A DNA stretch of 64,000 nt from contig OZ287696.1 of NCBI GenBank assembly GCA_965649825.1, positions 539,101 to 603,100 on the forward strand. Reading direction: 5' to 3'. Both the position numbers and the translations under genes were made by a program. Under the pieces are notes generated by a model. That model saw nothing but the letters and a program-made list of their open reading frames with translations. It did not search any database and was not told the DNA's origin. Shown one piece after another: positions 49,917 to 60,853 of the stretch (within the stretch, counting starts at the first letter, position 1; every line of letters begins with the position of its first letter). This DNA comes from Penicillus capitatus. Its lineage: Eukaryota; Plantae; Chlorophyta.

Positions 49917-50846
49917 TTAAATGGCCATTTCACGAACACAAGGAAACCAATAGAGACGTATCCCACTTGGATCGCCATCGTCCACCATGGCCAGACCATC
50001 CTTGAGCAGTTCCTGTCCTTGCAGCATATTGAGTGAGATGTGAGAAATGCAAGAGTGACCTGTAATGTGTGATCGATGCGATGCTCAGTCCATCGAGCCT
50101 CTTGAATGAGGAGAGGTTTGGAGACATACCCTGTCCGCTGTGCAAACTCGAGAACATGGGTTTTGTCGGTATTCAGCTCCTGGGGCACAGATTTGACAAG
50201 AGTGTGACGGCCGACGGTGATCAGTTCGAATCCATGTCCCAGAACTCGGATCTTGCTGATGGCTGTTTTCATGTCATCGATAGTGATCGGTTCCGCTGTC
50301 GAGCCACGTCGACGTTGAACATATCTGCGGACAAATTGAAGAAGTGTGAGAAATGGAGGTCACACTTATGAAGTGCATGAATGTCCATGAATCCTCCATT
50401 CGCCATCCGATTGGCAAGACATGCATCCACAATCTGGACGGCCAGTTCATAGTAGAAATCTCCAATTCCTAACAACTTCGTCCAGTAGCCCTGTCACATC
50501 ATGTCACACTTTCGCTCTCATGCAAGCAGGATGTTTGTACTTTGTTCGACGCCAGAGGATCCACGCCAATTTTGGCACACATGGTTTGAAACTGAGCTCT
50601 GAAGACGGGGTCTTTGCGGATATCCTGTTTGTGTTTCAGTGCAAATTCCTCCAAGCTCTTCTTGAAAGTCTCCATCTGAGACTTCATCTGTTTGGCTCTC
50701 TGTGCCTTTGTTTGTTCTCCAATCGCTTGGAATTGCTCCTGTCAGTATCTCGCAGAGATAGATGTTCCTGGAGCTGGCCATAGTCACGATTCTACCCGTG
50801 CTTTGCTTTTTTGATGGAGTCCCGCCACTCCTGGACGACGCCTCAT
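49917..50846 (-). CDS. VPS22: ESCRT-II subunit VPS22/SNF8
   Basis: MRRRPGVAGL, FALKHKQDIRKDPVFRAQFQTMCAKIGVDPLASNKGYW..LGIGDFYYELAVQIV, SVPQELNTD, LYWFP. Confidence 0.96.
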
Positions 50847-50931
50847 TATATCAACTCTTTAATACGGATGAATAGAGATGCAGATGCTATTCTTGTGAAT
50901 TCCTGTATTGACGTCGGTTTGAAATTCCGCG

Positions 50932-53104
50932 ATGGAGTTGCTGCAACCGAACGTCTCGGCGGAGATTACTGTGCCGATTGTGCTTTGCTTTTCAGTGGTA
51001 TTGGTGCTCTTGTGGCTGCTGAAGCACATTGGCGCGCTTGATGTCATTCCTTCGATCGTCGTCTCCCCTCCAGACCGTGCGAAGATCATTCATTACGAAA
51101 AGAGTGGGGACGCGGAAGTTTTGTAGTTGGGAAAAAGACCGAGGTCTATGATCCCGAAGAAGAATTTCCCAATAACGTTATTCCTTGCTATGATCCGGCA
51201 ACAATGGAGTTCTTGGGAACGATGCCGGCCATGAATGCAGCTGAAGTGCATCCCTCTTTTCACACTCATAGTTGTCTGATGTGACATCCAGGTCGGCGGC
51301 ATCGTTGAAGATGCATGGATTGCAGCCAAGGCAATCAACACTGCCCTGTAGAAATGCATTTTAGTTCATGTCGTTGACCTCTAGGCTTGGAAACGTTCAT
51401 CCTTTCGTCAGAGAAAGGCCGTCCTCAGAGTTCTCTTGAAGTTCATTGTGGATAATCAAGAGGCCATTTGCCAGTGAGCATGTCCATCCAATGCATATCC
51501 GTCATAAAGCATATGAGTGCCATTTAGGGTCTCAGCCCGAGATTCTGGGAAGCCGATGGTGGATGCAGCCTTTGCTGAAGTTTTCTGTACGTGTGAGAAA
51601 ATCTGGTGGTTGCTCAGAGAAGGCGAAGGCGTCTTGAGACCCGATTATCGCTCAGCAGGGATCATGATGTTCTACAAAGCCCCCAGAGTCGAGTTTGTCC
51701 CTGTGGGTGTCGTTGGGGCTATTGTTCCGTGGAACTATCCGTTTCACAACATCCTCAATCCCATCACGGCGGCGATCTTCTCAGGCAACGCCATCGTTGT
51801 CAAAGTCTCGGAGCACGCCTCGTGGTCTGTAAAGTACTATTCCGCCATCATCGAGGCTGCTCTGAAGGCGACAGGAGCACCAACAGATTTGGTGAAATTC
51901 GTTACTGGATACGGAGAAGCCGGCCGTGCTCTGGTGTCATCAAAATTGGGAAAGATCGTCTTCGTGGGGTCGACACAGATTGGACGCTCTGTCATGCGAA
52001 CAGCTGCAGAGAGACTGACCCCTGTGGTGATGGAACTGGGAGGCAAAGATGCTCTGATCATCTGTGATGATGCCAACTTGGATCAAGTACAATGCCACAA
52101 AAAACACAAGAGATGGCACCATCCCTGAGATGCAGGTGATACCAACGGCAATGAGAGCAGCCTATCAAGCATGTGGTGCGAACTGCATGGGAGGAGAGCG
52201 CTTTATCGTGCAGGAATCAGTTTTCGAAACGTTCGTCGAACGCATCGTGGCCATCATCCGTCAAATGCGTCAGGGTCCACCTCTGGGAGATCAGCTGGTC
52301 GATTGTGGGGCCATTTGCATGCCTGGTCTAAGAGAAAAGGTCCACATCGTCCACATGTGCACTCTTCTACCTATGCACCGGAGATGTTCTGTTTCAGATT
52401 GACAGCTTAGTGCGAGAGGCTGTCTCTCAGGGAGCTAAGATCCGAGCAGGCGGTTCTCTTCCAGAAGGCAGCGGACAATTCTATCCACCCACCGTTCTCA
52501 CTCACGTCACACCTCACATGCGCATTTGGAAGGAGGAAGTCTTTGGACCTGTCACGGCTTCATCTTTATTCTCTGTTTGAAACGGTGGCCTTAGGTCATG
52601 GTGATCGTTCCTTTTCGGACAGACGAAGAGGCGATCGATCTGGCAAACAACTGTGCGTTTGGCTTGGGCTCCAATGTCTTTTCATCTGATCTGAACCGTG
52701 CCAATGCCATTGGTGCCCAGCTGGAGGCCGGAATGCTGTCCATCAATGACTTTGCCACGACCTACATGTGTCAGTCTCTTCCATTTGGCGGCGTCAAGGA
52801 CAGCGGCTTCGATAAATTCGCTGGCGTCGAAGGACTCAGAGGACTCTGCACGGCCAAGTCCATCAGCGAAGATCGATTTCCATCGATCATGAACACACAG
52901 ATGCCGCCTCTTCTGCAGTATCCCGTCCAGTCCAGAGCATTCGAATTCGTATCTGGTCTCACCAAGATGTTCTACTATCCAGGTGTGCTTGCTTGTCTGC
53001 TGCTTGACGCACGTCGCTTTGCAGGACTGCGCCAACGTCTGGAGGGGTTGATGACTGTGATCCGGTGTTCAATGGATCGAGGGGAGAAACGCAAAGATGC
53101 TTAA
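50932..53104 (+). CDS. ALDH22A1: Aldehyde dehydrogenase family 22 with N-terminal TM anchor
   Basis: [77 protein letters not shown]. Confidence 0.92.
51331..51384 (+). other. GC-AG intron (54 nt)
   Basis: AAG|GCAATC...CTAG|GCT joins IAAK-AWKRSSF; the unspliced frame hits TAG. Confidence 0.8.
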
Positions 53105-53469
53105 ATTTGTGGCTCCATCTTTACAACCATTCTTTATTCGACCATTGCAGTATACAATGCCTAAAGTTGAATCCCTACATCTAGTTGGAACCGTCAAGTT
53201 CCCGTAAAACTGGCCTTCCCCCAGAAGACAAGAATTTGCAGCTTGTCATCTCCTGATTGGACAGAGCGCAAGAATGAGACAGGGAATGAGTGTACAGGGA
53301 GACAGTGCAAGCAAAGTCATTCATTTCATCCCTAACACCGTCCGTAGCTTGGCTGCATCATGAGTTCTGAACAACAGCTTGGCACATGAATCAAGGTATT
53401 CTATCGTAAAAGTGGTTGGTTGACTGGCTAAGTCTTGCCTGGATGGCAAAGAAAATCAAAGACGTTAGG

Positions 53470-54290
53470 TACTATGGACCGAAGCCGAGGGCTCGCTGCT
53501 TATATCCGTCGTGCTCTCCTCCGTTTTCACTTTGGAAATGAAACGGCCATGCGCGTTTCTGAGCCTTTTCGTTGCATGTCTATGACGAGACTCATGCAAA
53601 TATTTCTAACAGACACCAAACAGAAGACACTCACATTCCTTCCATCCAACAAAGGCAACGCACTTTTCGAACGAGGACTCCTTGATTTGCTTTTATGAGC
53701 TTGGCCCTCTGAATACGTCGCCGTAAGATTCCGTGGTACTGTTTAGCATTGACATAGACTGGACCGTCCCTTCCATGAAAGGAACGCAGACGTCCTGTAT
53801 ACGTATAAAAGAGAGGCTACACACAAGAACGCATTTACGAGTGAACATATGCGGGACACTTGCCAAGAGAGTATCCGAGTAGAAGCGGCACAGGACGGCA
53901 TTGAAATGCTCGATGGCGTGCTGTGCATCACACCGTATGGATGAGTGGCTTCTCGACGAAGCGTGTCGCATCATGCTACCTGCGTTTCGGCATCGGCCTG
54001 GCCTTGGGTCACCGCCGGTAGAATGAAGGGTTGTGGTCGCGTTTGTGCCCCTATAGACATTCCGACGTTTCTGCGCATTTCTGTCGGGTCCAGACCTGCC
54101 GTGGATAGCACAGTGCCGTAAGCGGCGTTACTGATCGTCCACCAACGACTATCGTGACGGCGTCCGTGAGGCGGCTCCTCAGATGGTGTCGTCCTCGACA
54201 ACGGCGTCATGGGTCTCATAGGCATCGTATAGTGGCCGCCTTGAGTGCCTGGAATAAGTGAGGTGAAGTCACGTTTGAATTCCATTCCAA
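53470..54290 (-). CDS. Putative multi-exon hypothetical gene
   Basis: Same-strand ORFs 53971..54321 and 53693..53974 plus a canonical gtgagt..catag intron; no family recognised. Confidence 0.35.
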
Positions 54291-54456
54291 AACAGTGCAG
54301 CTCCGTTGGACAGTCTGTCATTTGTCTGTTTCCTGGACAACTGCCGAGTTAAATTCCGACGAGTTAGCGGCGAAATGAAGTCGTGAAAAGGAGATGCAAC
54401 AGATCTGTCCATTATTTTGGCGCAGGATACCGAAAAGTCCACCGTACATTCGCTCG

Positions 54457-57400
54457 ATGAGTCGTCACTTGAGCGAAGAGCCAGACGTCGGTTTGCTGGG
54501 ACTCCCACACGACGTTCTGTGCTATGTACTGGAGAGATTGAATGGAAAGGAGATATGTCGACTGGCCCAAACGTGCAAGGGGCTGAGGATCTTCTGTCGA
54601 GAAGAGCCATTATGGATGATGGTTGCCGCGAAGCAGTCACATCGCATTCTGATCTGGAAGGATTCGTGGTTTCGCACTGCGGTTAACGCGATAATGTAAG
54701 CAGACAGAATCCCTGAATCGAATGTATGTCCGCTACAGGGGAGACGGCATTGATCTAGCGGGATTTGCAGAACTGCCACCATTGAATGGATTTGCTTCGG
54801 ATTTCCTCTACAGAAGATGGTATCGGCGTCACATAGATGTCGCCATGTTCATTCCAGATCTTTATGGCGGCGGGTCTGTGGCCAGAGAATCGGCTACACA
54901 GTTAAGTGTACAGGACTTTGTGGAGCGATATGACAAAGGCTGCCGACCTGTTGTCTTGACAGATATTCCACAATTCGAAAAAGGTTCGTCCAATAGAGTC
55001 CGTCGGATTTGTGGAAAAGCCGTTGTGTGCGAGAAGTGATGAGATGGAATTTGGATACATTAAGAGAGCACTATGGTGATGTGACGTTTTTTGTTGGCGG
55101 CTTTGCAGAATCTACGCACGAAATGACGCTTCAGAACTATGTCGAGTACGCTGAAGAGCAACGAGATGAGGATCCACTCTATCTCTTCGAGCCAGAGATC
55201 GCGAGCAAGACACCAGCCGTCATCAAAGACTACACCCTGCCACATTTCTTCGCTGACGATCTCATGTCGTTGCTGAGTCTCTCGCTACACACAATCTGCT
55301 GATGTGACGTCTCCATGTCTTATAGACGAAGCAGATCGCCCGTCACATCGATGGATCTTGATCGGACCACCACGTTCTGGCTCCTCTTGGCATTTGGATC
55401 CCTGGCACTCCAGTGCATGGAACCTGCTCATTGCAGGTACAAAGAAGGAACGTGTTCATTGTCTGGCTGCCAAATGATGAAGTGTATGAATGCATGTGTG
55501 TGTCTGTCAGGAAAGAAGAGGTGGGCACTCTATCCACCAGGAAAACTGCCTCCCGGTGTCCGGTGTCATCTTGATCCACAGAACAACTCAACAGAGATAG
55601 ACTGCAAATGTGGCACGGCACTTCAGTAATCCCCTTTGTTAATTTTGACGCCGAAAACGAGCGTGGCTTGAAGGTGGTTCTTGGAAGTGCTGCCATACTT
55701 GAGGGAAAGTGAACGGCCAATGGAGTTTGTTCAGAATCCAGGCGAGACGGTGTTCGTTCCCCATGGATGGTGGCATTGTGTTCTGAATCTCGAAATGACC
55801 GTTTGTGTAAGGAAACATGTTTCCGATAACCGAAAACGACGTCTGTTGGCTTTTAGGTCACACAGAACTTCTTATCGCGTTCGAATTTGACAAGCGCCAT
55901 GACACTCTTCTCCAAAGGAGCTGCTTCCTACTACTCAGACATCTACCCCGTCCGAAACTCCATATCGATAACCCCTTCGCACCATCTGCTGCCAAGACTG
56001 TGCTCTAACTGGGCCGGACTGTTGGGCAGAGCAGTCTGGGAGCGATGTCCGGAACTTCGAGTCATCCTCCGTCTGTATGGAATACTCACTGATCGTGAAC
56101 GTGGTTCGTTGCAGGATGAACTGCGGCTGTGTGTCCAGGATCACATGTTCGGTTGCGAGATTCGGAAGTGTCTTGATGAGATCTGTGCACATCATGACTT
56201 GCCGTCTCCCGAAAAACGAGATGTGTTTCCGCTCTCGGCAACATCCAATCTGTTGTATCGCGTGCAGTCCTTCGTGATCAAGATCTTTCTCCACAAGGCA
56301 AGTGGATTTCAGTATCAGAAGGCCTACCCATTCTCTCGATGGCCTATTTAGAATCCGTTGAATTCCTGCGTCCAGCAGTCAGCGGAAGCATCATCTCTAT
56401 TGGCAATTCAGCAAGCGTTGCCTTCTGCGGCATCTCACTGTCCATCATACATAGCAAGTGGCATTGTCGACATTCCAACAAAAAATGGAGAGGGGATCGA
56501 AGCACCGTACATCGTTATGACGCATTGCGAAGGACAGCAGATCGTGTTCAGTATGAGATACCGGCATGGGTTGCAGCAGGAGGAACTTGCCAAGGAATTG
56601 GGCTTGCTCATCGCCGATGTCCACACACGGACCATGCAACTGCCTTCCACATTGGAGGACCAATCTTCGGCCGATCCCGTCTCCGGTACCGATTCAGTCC
56701 AATTCAAGGATCTGAGATCAACACTGACATGGATTCAATCACGGGTCACTTCGTGTGGAACCTTCTTTCAGGCTCAGGATCCGAACCGAGTCTGGAGTGC
56801 ATATCTTCACAGCAAGATCTCTCTTTTGACGTCGCCTCAGCCATTGCATGTTCAAGCCCTTGGCGATTTTACCCTTTCCTCGGAGCAGTATCTATTTAAA
56901 GATGTTGCAGCGAGGTGGAGTCCATTCCTACAATTCCTGGAATGGAGACACGGCGTGGTTCTCTACAGCCCATCCGAGACGCATTTGCCAACGCACCTCC
57001 AGAAACAGCTGAAATCATTCTTACCTGCCAGGATGGAGACACTATTGCCCAAGGCAGATCCCATCACTGGAACACGGCCGCCACCTGTTCTGCTTCATGG
57101 TGACTTGACAGAAGACAATATCCTTATGGGAGAGGCACAGCCACAACAGTTGTCTTTGATCGATTTTGGAGATGCGAGCTTTGGGGATCCGCTCTATGAT
57201 TTTGTTGCTCTTTCACTGTCATCACTGCGAAGCGATCCGTCCCTGATCGACACCTTTAGCGTTGTCTACTGGAGTAAGTGGAGAGAAAGCATCGGCAGAG
57301 ATCTTTGGACGGCATGGAACGCATCGAGGGCATATCCATTGTCCTACTACGTCATGTGCTATGCCCTCCTTCACGAAGACAACACCATGGGATGGCTCTT

Positions 57401-57497
57401 TGAGACGCACCCTGATTTCAGAGATCTGACAACACTAAGTGAAATTCAAGAAAAGATCTGGTGCTCGTTAGATCGATTTTCTCAAAGCGTTTACTGA
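54457..57497 (+). CDS. F-box + JmjC + aminoglycoside-phosphotransferase-like protein (plant JMJD6-related architecture)
   Basis: F-box LLGLPHDVLCYVL; JmjC HIDGS.IGPPRSGSSWHLDPLGTSAWN region, QNPGETVFVPHGWWHCVLNL; C-terminal LLHGDLTEDNI..LIDFGDA. Confidence 0.9.
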
Positions 57498-57603
57498 CGA
57501 TGGGAGGGCATTGAATGGAAAGGAGACATGGTTCACATGCCATTGAAAACGCAAGTTGTTCAACGCAACTGACAGTCCTTGTCATCCATGACACAATGCA
57601 AAC

Positions 57604-59367
57604 TCAACGTCCACATTTTGTACAAAGTTGACCGATCGTGCTCAATTTGACCATGCTGCCATCTGTCATTCTGGCAGGCGATGGAAAATAGTCCGTCCGC
57701 ATGACTGGCAACAGTACGTGTTCGACAAGAGATGATACATCTTCATATGGACTTTCCGCAAGAAGGTCTGTTACGCTGAACAGCTGAGCAAAAACGTCAG
57801 CTAGGTGCGAGATCGAGCTTCCGGCCTCCAACGACGACAGACGTTCTGCCAGGGCGACCAACAGATGAGGAATTTTGTGGAGATGAAGTGGACAAGACGC
57901 TAAGGGCAGCGGAACCGAATGCAGAACTGTACTCTCAGAGATGTCTAACAGGAACGTCTCCCGCAACTGCTTCCTCCAGCGCACCAACATCTCTGTCAGA
58001 TCTGCAACATTCCTTCCACATCTCGCAGAGCCGTTTCCTTCTCGAACGGGAGACATCTCTTTCAGAGCCGCCTGTATCGCGTCCGAAAGAGCGATGGGCG
58101 GTTCGAGGCGTTTGCAATGGACGGGTCTTCTCAGAATCTGACAAAAGAAGTCCTGCACCAGAATGCAGATGTCCATCATATAGATCCCATTCTCGAAATG
58201 AACAAAGACATATCTCTCCCCTGTCGTTCCAACATACTGGTGTCCAGCGATGACCCGTCTCCCTTCTTCGTGTACCAAATGTTCTGGTATGGATGCATCT
58301 TGCAGTGACACAAGAGGCATACTCTCCATAGACACAAACTTTGCCGTCCTGACTGGTGAGAAGGACTTCAGCTGCGCATGGACACGCGATGTGATATTCT
58401 GGATGACGTCATCTTTCCAGAGAAACTCGACCTCCCGTTTTGTAGGATGGACATTGACATCGACACATGAATGCGGTATCTGAATGCTCAAATACACAAC
58501 CGGTATCCTTTTCGGCAGCAATGCAGTGTAGAGTGCCTGGATCGCCCGTTTCAATGGTGCACAGGTGACACACCGGCCGTTGATAAACAAGAACACAGAT
58601 TGCATACGTCTCAGTCGCTCAGCGCTTCCGATCCATCCATCCAGACGCAAAACAGATGGAGTGGGATTGGACACTGTCTGTTCTGGATAGGCAAACGTCG
58701 CCTCCATCCACTGTCCATTTCGACCAGCTTCGCAGCCAAAGATACGGGAGACCCTGTCCACGCGACTCTCATCTCGTCGGATTCGCAGCTCCGCTGTCCT
58801 CTTCTCTTCGCGTTTGATGATAAACCCGACCCCATACGAATGCAGGGCATAGCCGTGGATCACATCCAGGTATCGCATCGTCTCTTCCTTCGCTCGCAAG
58901 GGATCACGAGCAAAGAGATCGCAAACAGAGACGGTTGTGCCGTCGAGAGCTGCAGCGGGGACAGGGATGTCATGCATCTCGCCGTCGACGTAAAAGGCAC
59001 GAAATCCACAGGGTGAAGTGGTCGTTCGTGTCGTAACCGTCACGCAGGATACATAACTGACACTACACAGCGCTTCTCCTCGAAACCCGAGCGTCTCGAT
59101 CTGCTTCAATTCGTCAAATGTACGAATCTTCGAAGTCGTGTGTCTTCGGCAGAGAACTGGCAGATCTTCAAACCGGATGCCGTGTCCATTGTCGCGAATC
59201 TGGAATCCATCAGCAGCGAAGAGAATCTCGATTTCCGTGGCCTTAGCGTCCAGACTGTTCTCGAGTAATTCTTTCAAAGCACACGATGGCTTCTCGATCA
59301 CTTCGCCTGCAGCGATGCGATGCACAGTGGAGAGCGGAAGTTCGCGGATAACGGGGGTCTGCTCCAT
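57604..59367 (-). CDS. MLH1: DNA mismatch repair MutL homolog 1, intronless and compact (587 aa)
   Basis: RIAAGEVIEKP, KELLENSLDA, DNGHGI, HTTSKI, GFRGEAL, VDVNVHPTKREV; MLH1-type C-terminal domain. Confidence 0.9.
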   Translation of the reverse strand: MEQTPVIRELPLSTVHRIAAGEVIEKPSCALKELLENSLDAKATEIEILFAADGFQIRDNGHGIRFEDLPVLCRRHTTSKIRTFDELKQIETLGFRGEALCSVSYVSCVTVTTRTTTSPCGFRAFYVDGEMHDIPVPAAALDGTTVSVCDLFARDPLRAKEETMRYLDVIHGYALHSYGVGFIIKREEKRTAELRIRRDESRVDRVSRIFGCEAGRNGQWMEATFAYPEQTVSNPTPSVLRLDGWIGSAERLRRMQSVFLFINGRCVTCAPLKRAIQALYTALLPKRIPVVYLSIQIPHSCVDVNVHPTKREVEFLWKDDVIQNITSRVHAQLKSFSPVRTAKFVSMESMPLVSLQDASIPEHLVHEEGRRVIAGHQYVGTTGERYVFVHFENGIYMMDICILVQDFFCQILRRPVHCKRLEPPIALSDAIQAALKEMSPVREGNGSARCGRNVADLTEMLVRWRKQLRETFLLDISESTVLHSVPLPLASCPLHLHKIPHLLVALAERLSSLEAGSSISHLADVFAQLFSVTDLLAESPYEDVSSLVEHVLLPVMRTDYFPSPARMTDGSMVKLSTIGQLCTKCGR

Positions 59368-59412
59368 GTTGATGAATGATTTCGTTCGTCATCTGTCGCG
59401 TCAACAATACCG

Positions 59413-60817
59413 ATGGATTTGGAAGTTGTTGGCCACCGCGTCATTCTCACGCGTGACAACAAGGCCTCTGAGAATAACGCATCCGAAAAACACTTGCTAA
59501 CAATCGGAGACGTTTCGGTGGATCGATATGACGTGCGTCTGCTCTTAACATCAGCATCTCTCGAGGACACTCCCTCCAAGGGGGATTTCTCGGAGGCTTC
59601 ATGCAATGTCGAAGAAGAACTGCTGGATGCCGAACGCTATAGAGATTTGGAGGAAGATGCAGAAAAAACGACGGGAGAAGATTCGATGAGAGAGGATGGT
59701 CCTTATGACGGATGCTTTCGTCCGTCATTTGCGATACCTGAAGACGTCCAGAGTTCTGTCCCCCTTTCAGAAAGACAGCATCAGGTGCAACTGTCTATAC
59801 GGGCAGCGACGGAACAATGCATTGTGGCAGTTGATTCTGAAAACGGCTCAGTTTGTGGCGGCGGAAGGGGGCCAAGCAGAAGTGGTCCTCAAAGTGCAAC
59901 AGGGACCCGACTCGAAGTTCTCTTTTCTGTTCGAAGATCATGACCACTATCGCTACTATAAATGGCTGTGCCAAGATCCAACGGTTTTCTACGATCCGCA
60001 TCGACGGCGATCATTTCTGTTCGTTTCTCAGGTTGTGTGTCGCCGGGGTCCCAATCGATTTCGTGCCGTGTTGAGTGAGGAAGGGTCTTCTCGCTTTTCA
60101 GAGGTCGCGTTTGGAAAGCGTGAGAAGAATGAAGAGGTAATGAGAACTTGATAAGAAACTAGACACAGGATTTGTGGAGTGATGGATCATGGAGATGCAC
60201 ATGCTTGCAGAAGTGACATAGATTTCGCAGGGGTTTGACAGCAGCTTGGACGAAGGCATGCGTCCTATCCGTGTGACCATTCTCGAAACTGGATGACTTT
60301 ATGTATCTGTAGGGACACACAGAGGATTCTTGGCATCGACTCAAAGACTGCCTCCACTCTGCGCGCATCCACAGAAAGAAAACAGATCCGACAAAGCGCT
60401 CCCCTCGACAGCCTTCGATCAGAGAGAAGAGTACGATACCGTCGAATGACGTGACAGCGACAGAGCGGGAAAGCCGCCCTAGTACAGAAGATTCTTGTCG
60501 AGTGCGCATGAGAAAGCGTCGATTGCATGATGTGACGGACAACAACATCCGAGAAGGGAAGGAGAAATCGCCTAATCAATCAGCGGAAGTCGCACCATCC
60601 CTTCCTCCAGCGAATCGACAAGAATTAAAGAAGTGTGATGTCACTCATTATCCTCTCCGATGCGAAGCTGTTGCATACCAGGGCCAGAATTCGTCAGATT
60701 CTGCGTCGAAAACAGCAGGAGCATATGAGACACATTCACACCGACCGAAGAGGCATGGATGCGGTTGCAGATCATAAAAAGGCTTTTGAGAACGATGATG
60801 ATGTGACGGATTTGTGA
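59413..60817 (+). CDS. SWAP/SURP splicing regulator (DRY_EERY + SURP)
   Basis: VDRYDVRLLL...LDAERYRDL; ILKTAQFV..EVVLKVQQ..KFSFL..HYRYYKW. 3' end uncertain (60777 or 60817). Confidence 0.82.
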
Positions 60818-60853
60818 CAGACAGACAGACGAACGGCGATTCTTGTTGACAAG

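Noticed and set aside
50220-50235. GTTCGAATCC, resembling a tRNA T-arm
   Set aside because: Lies inside the VPS22 coding exon and has no cloverleaf or A-box.
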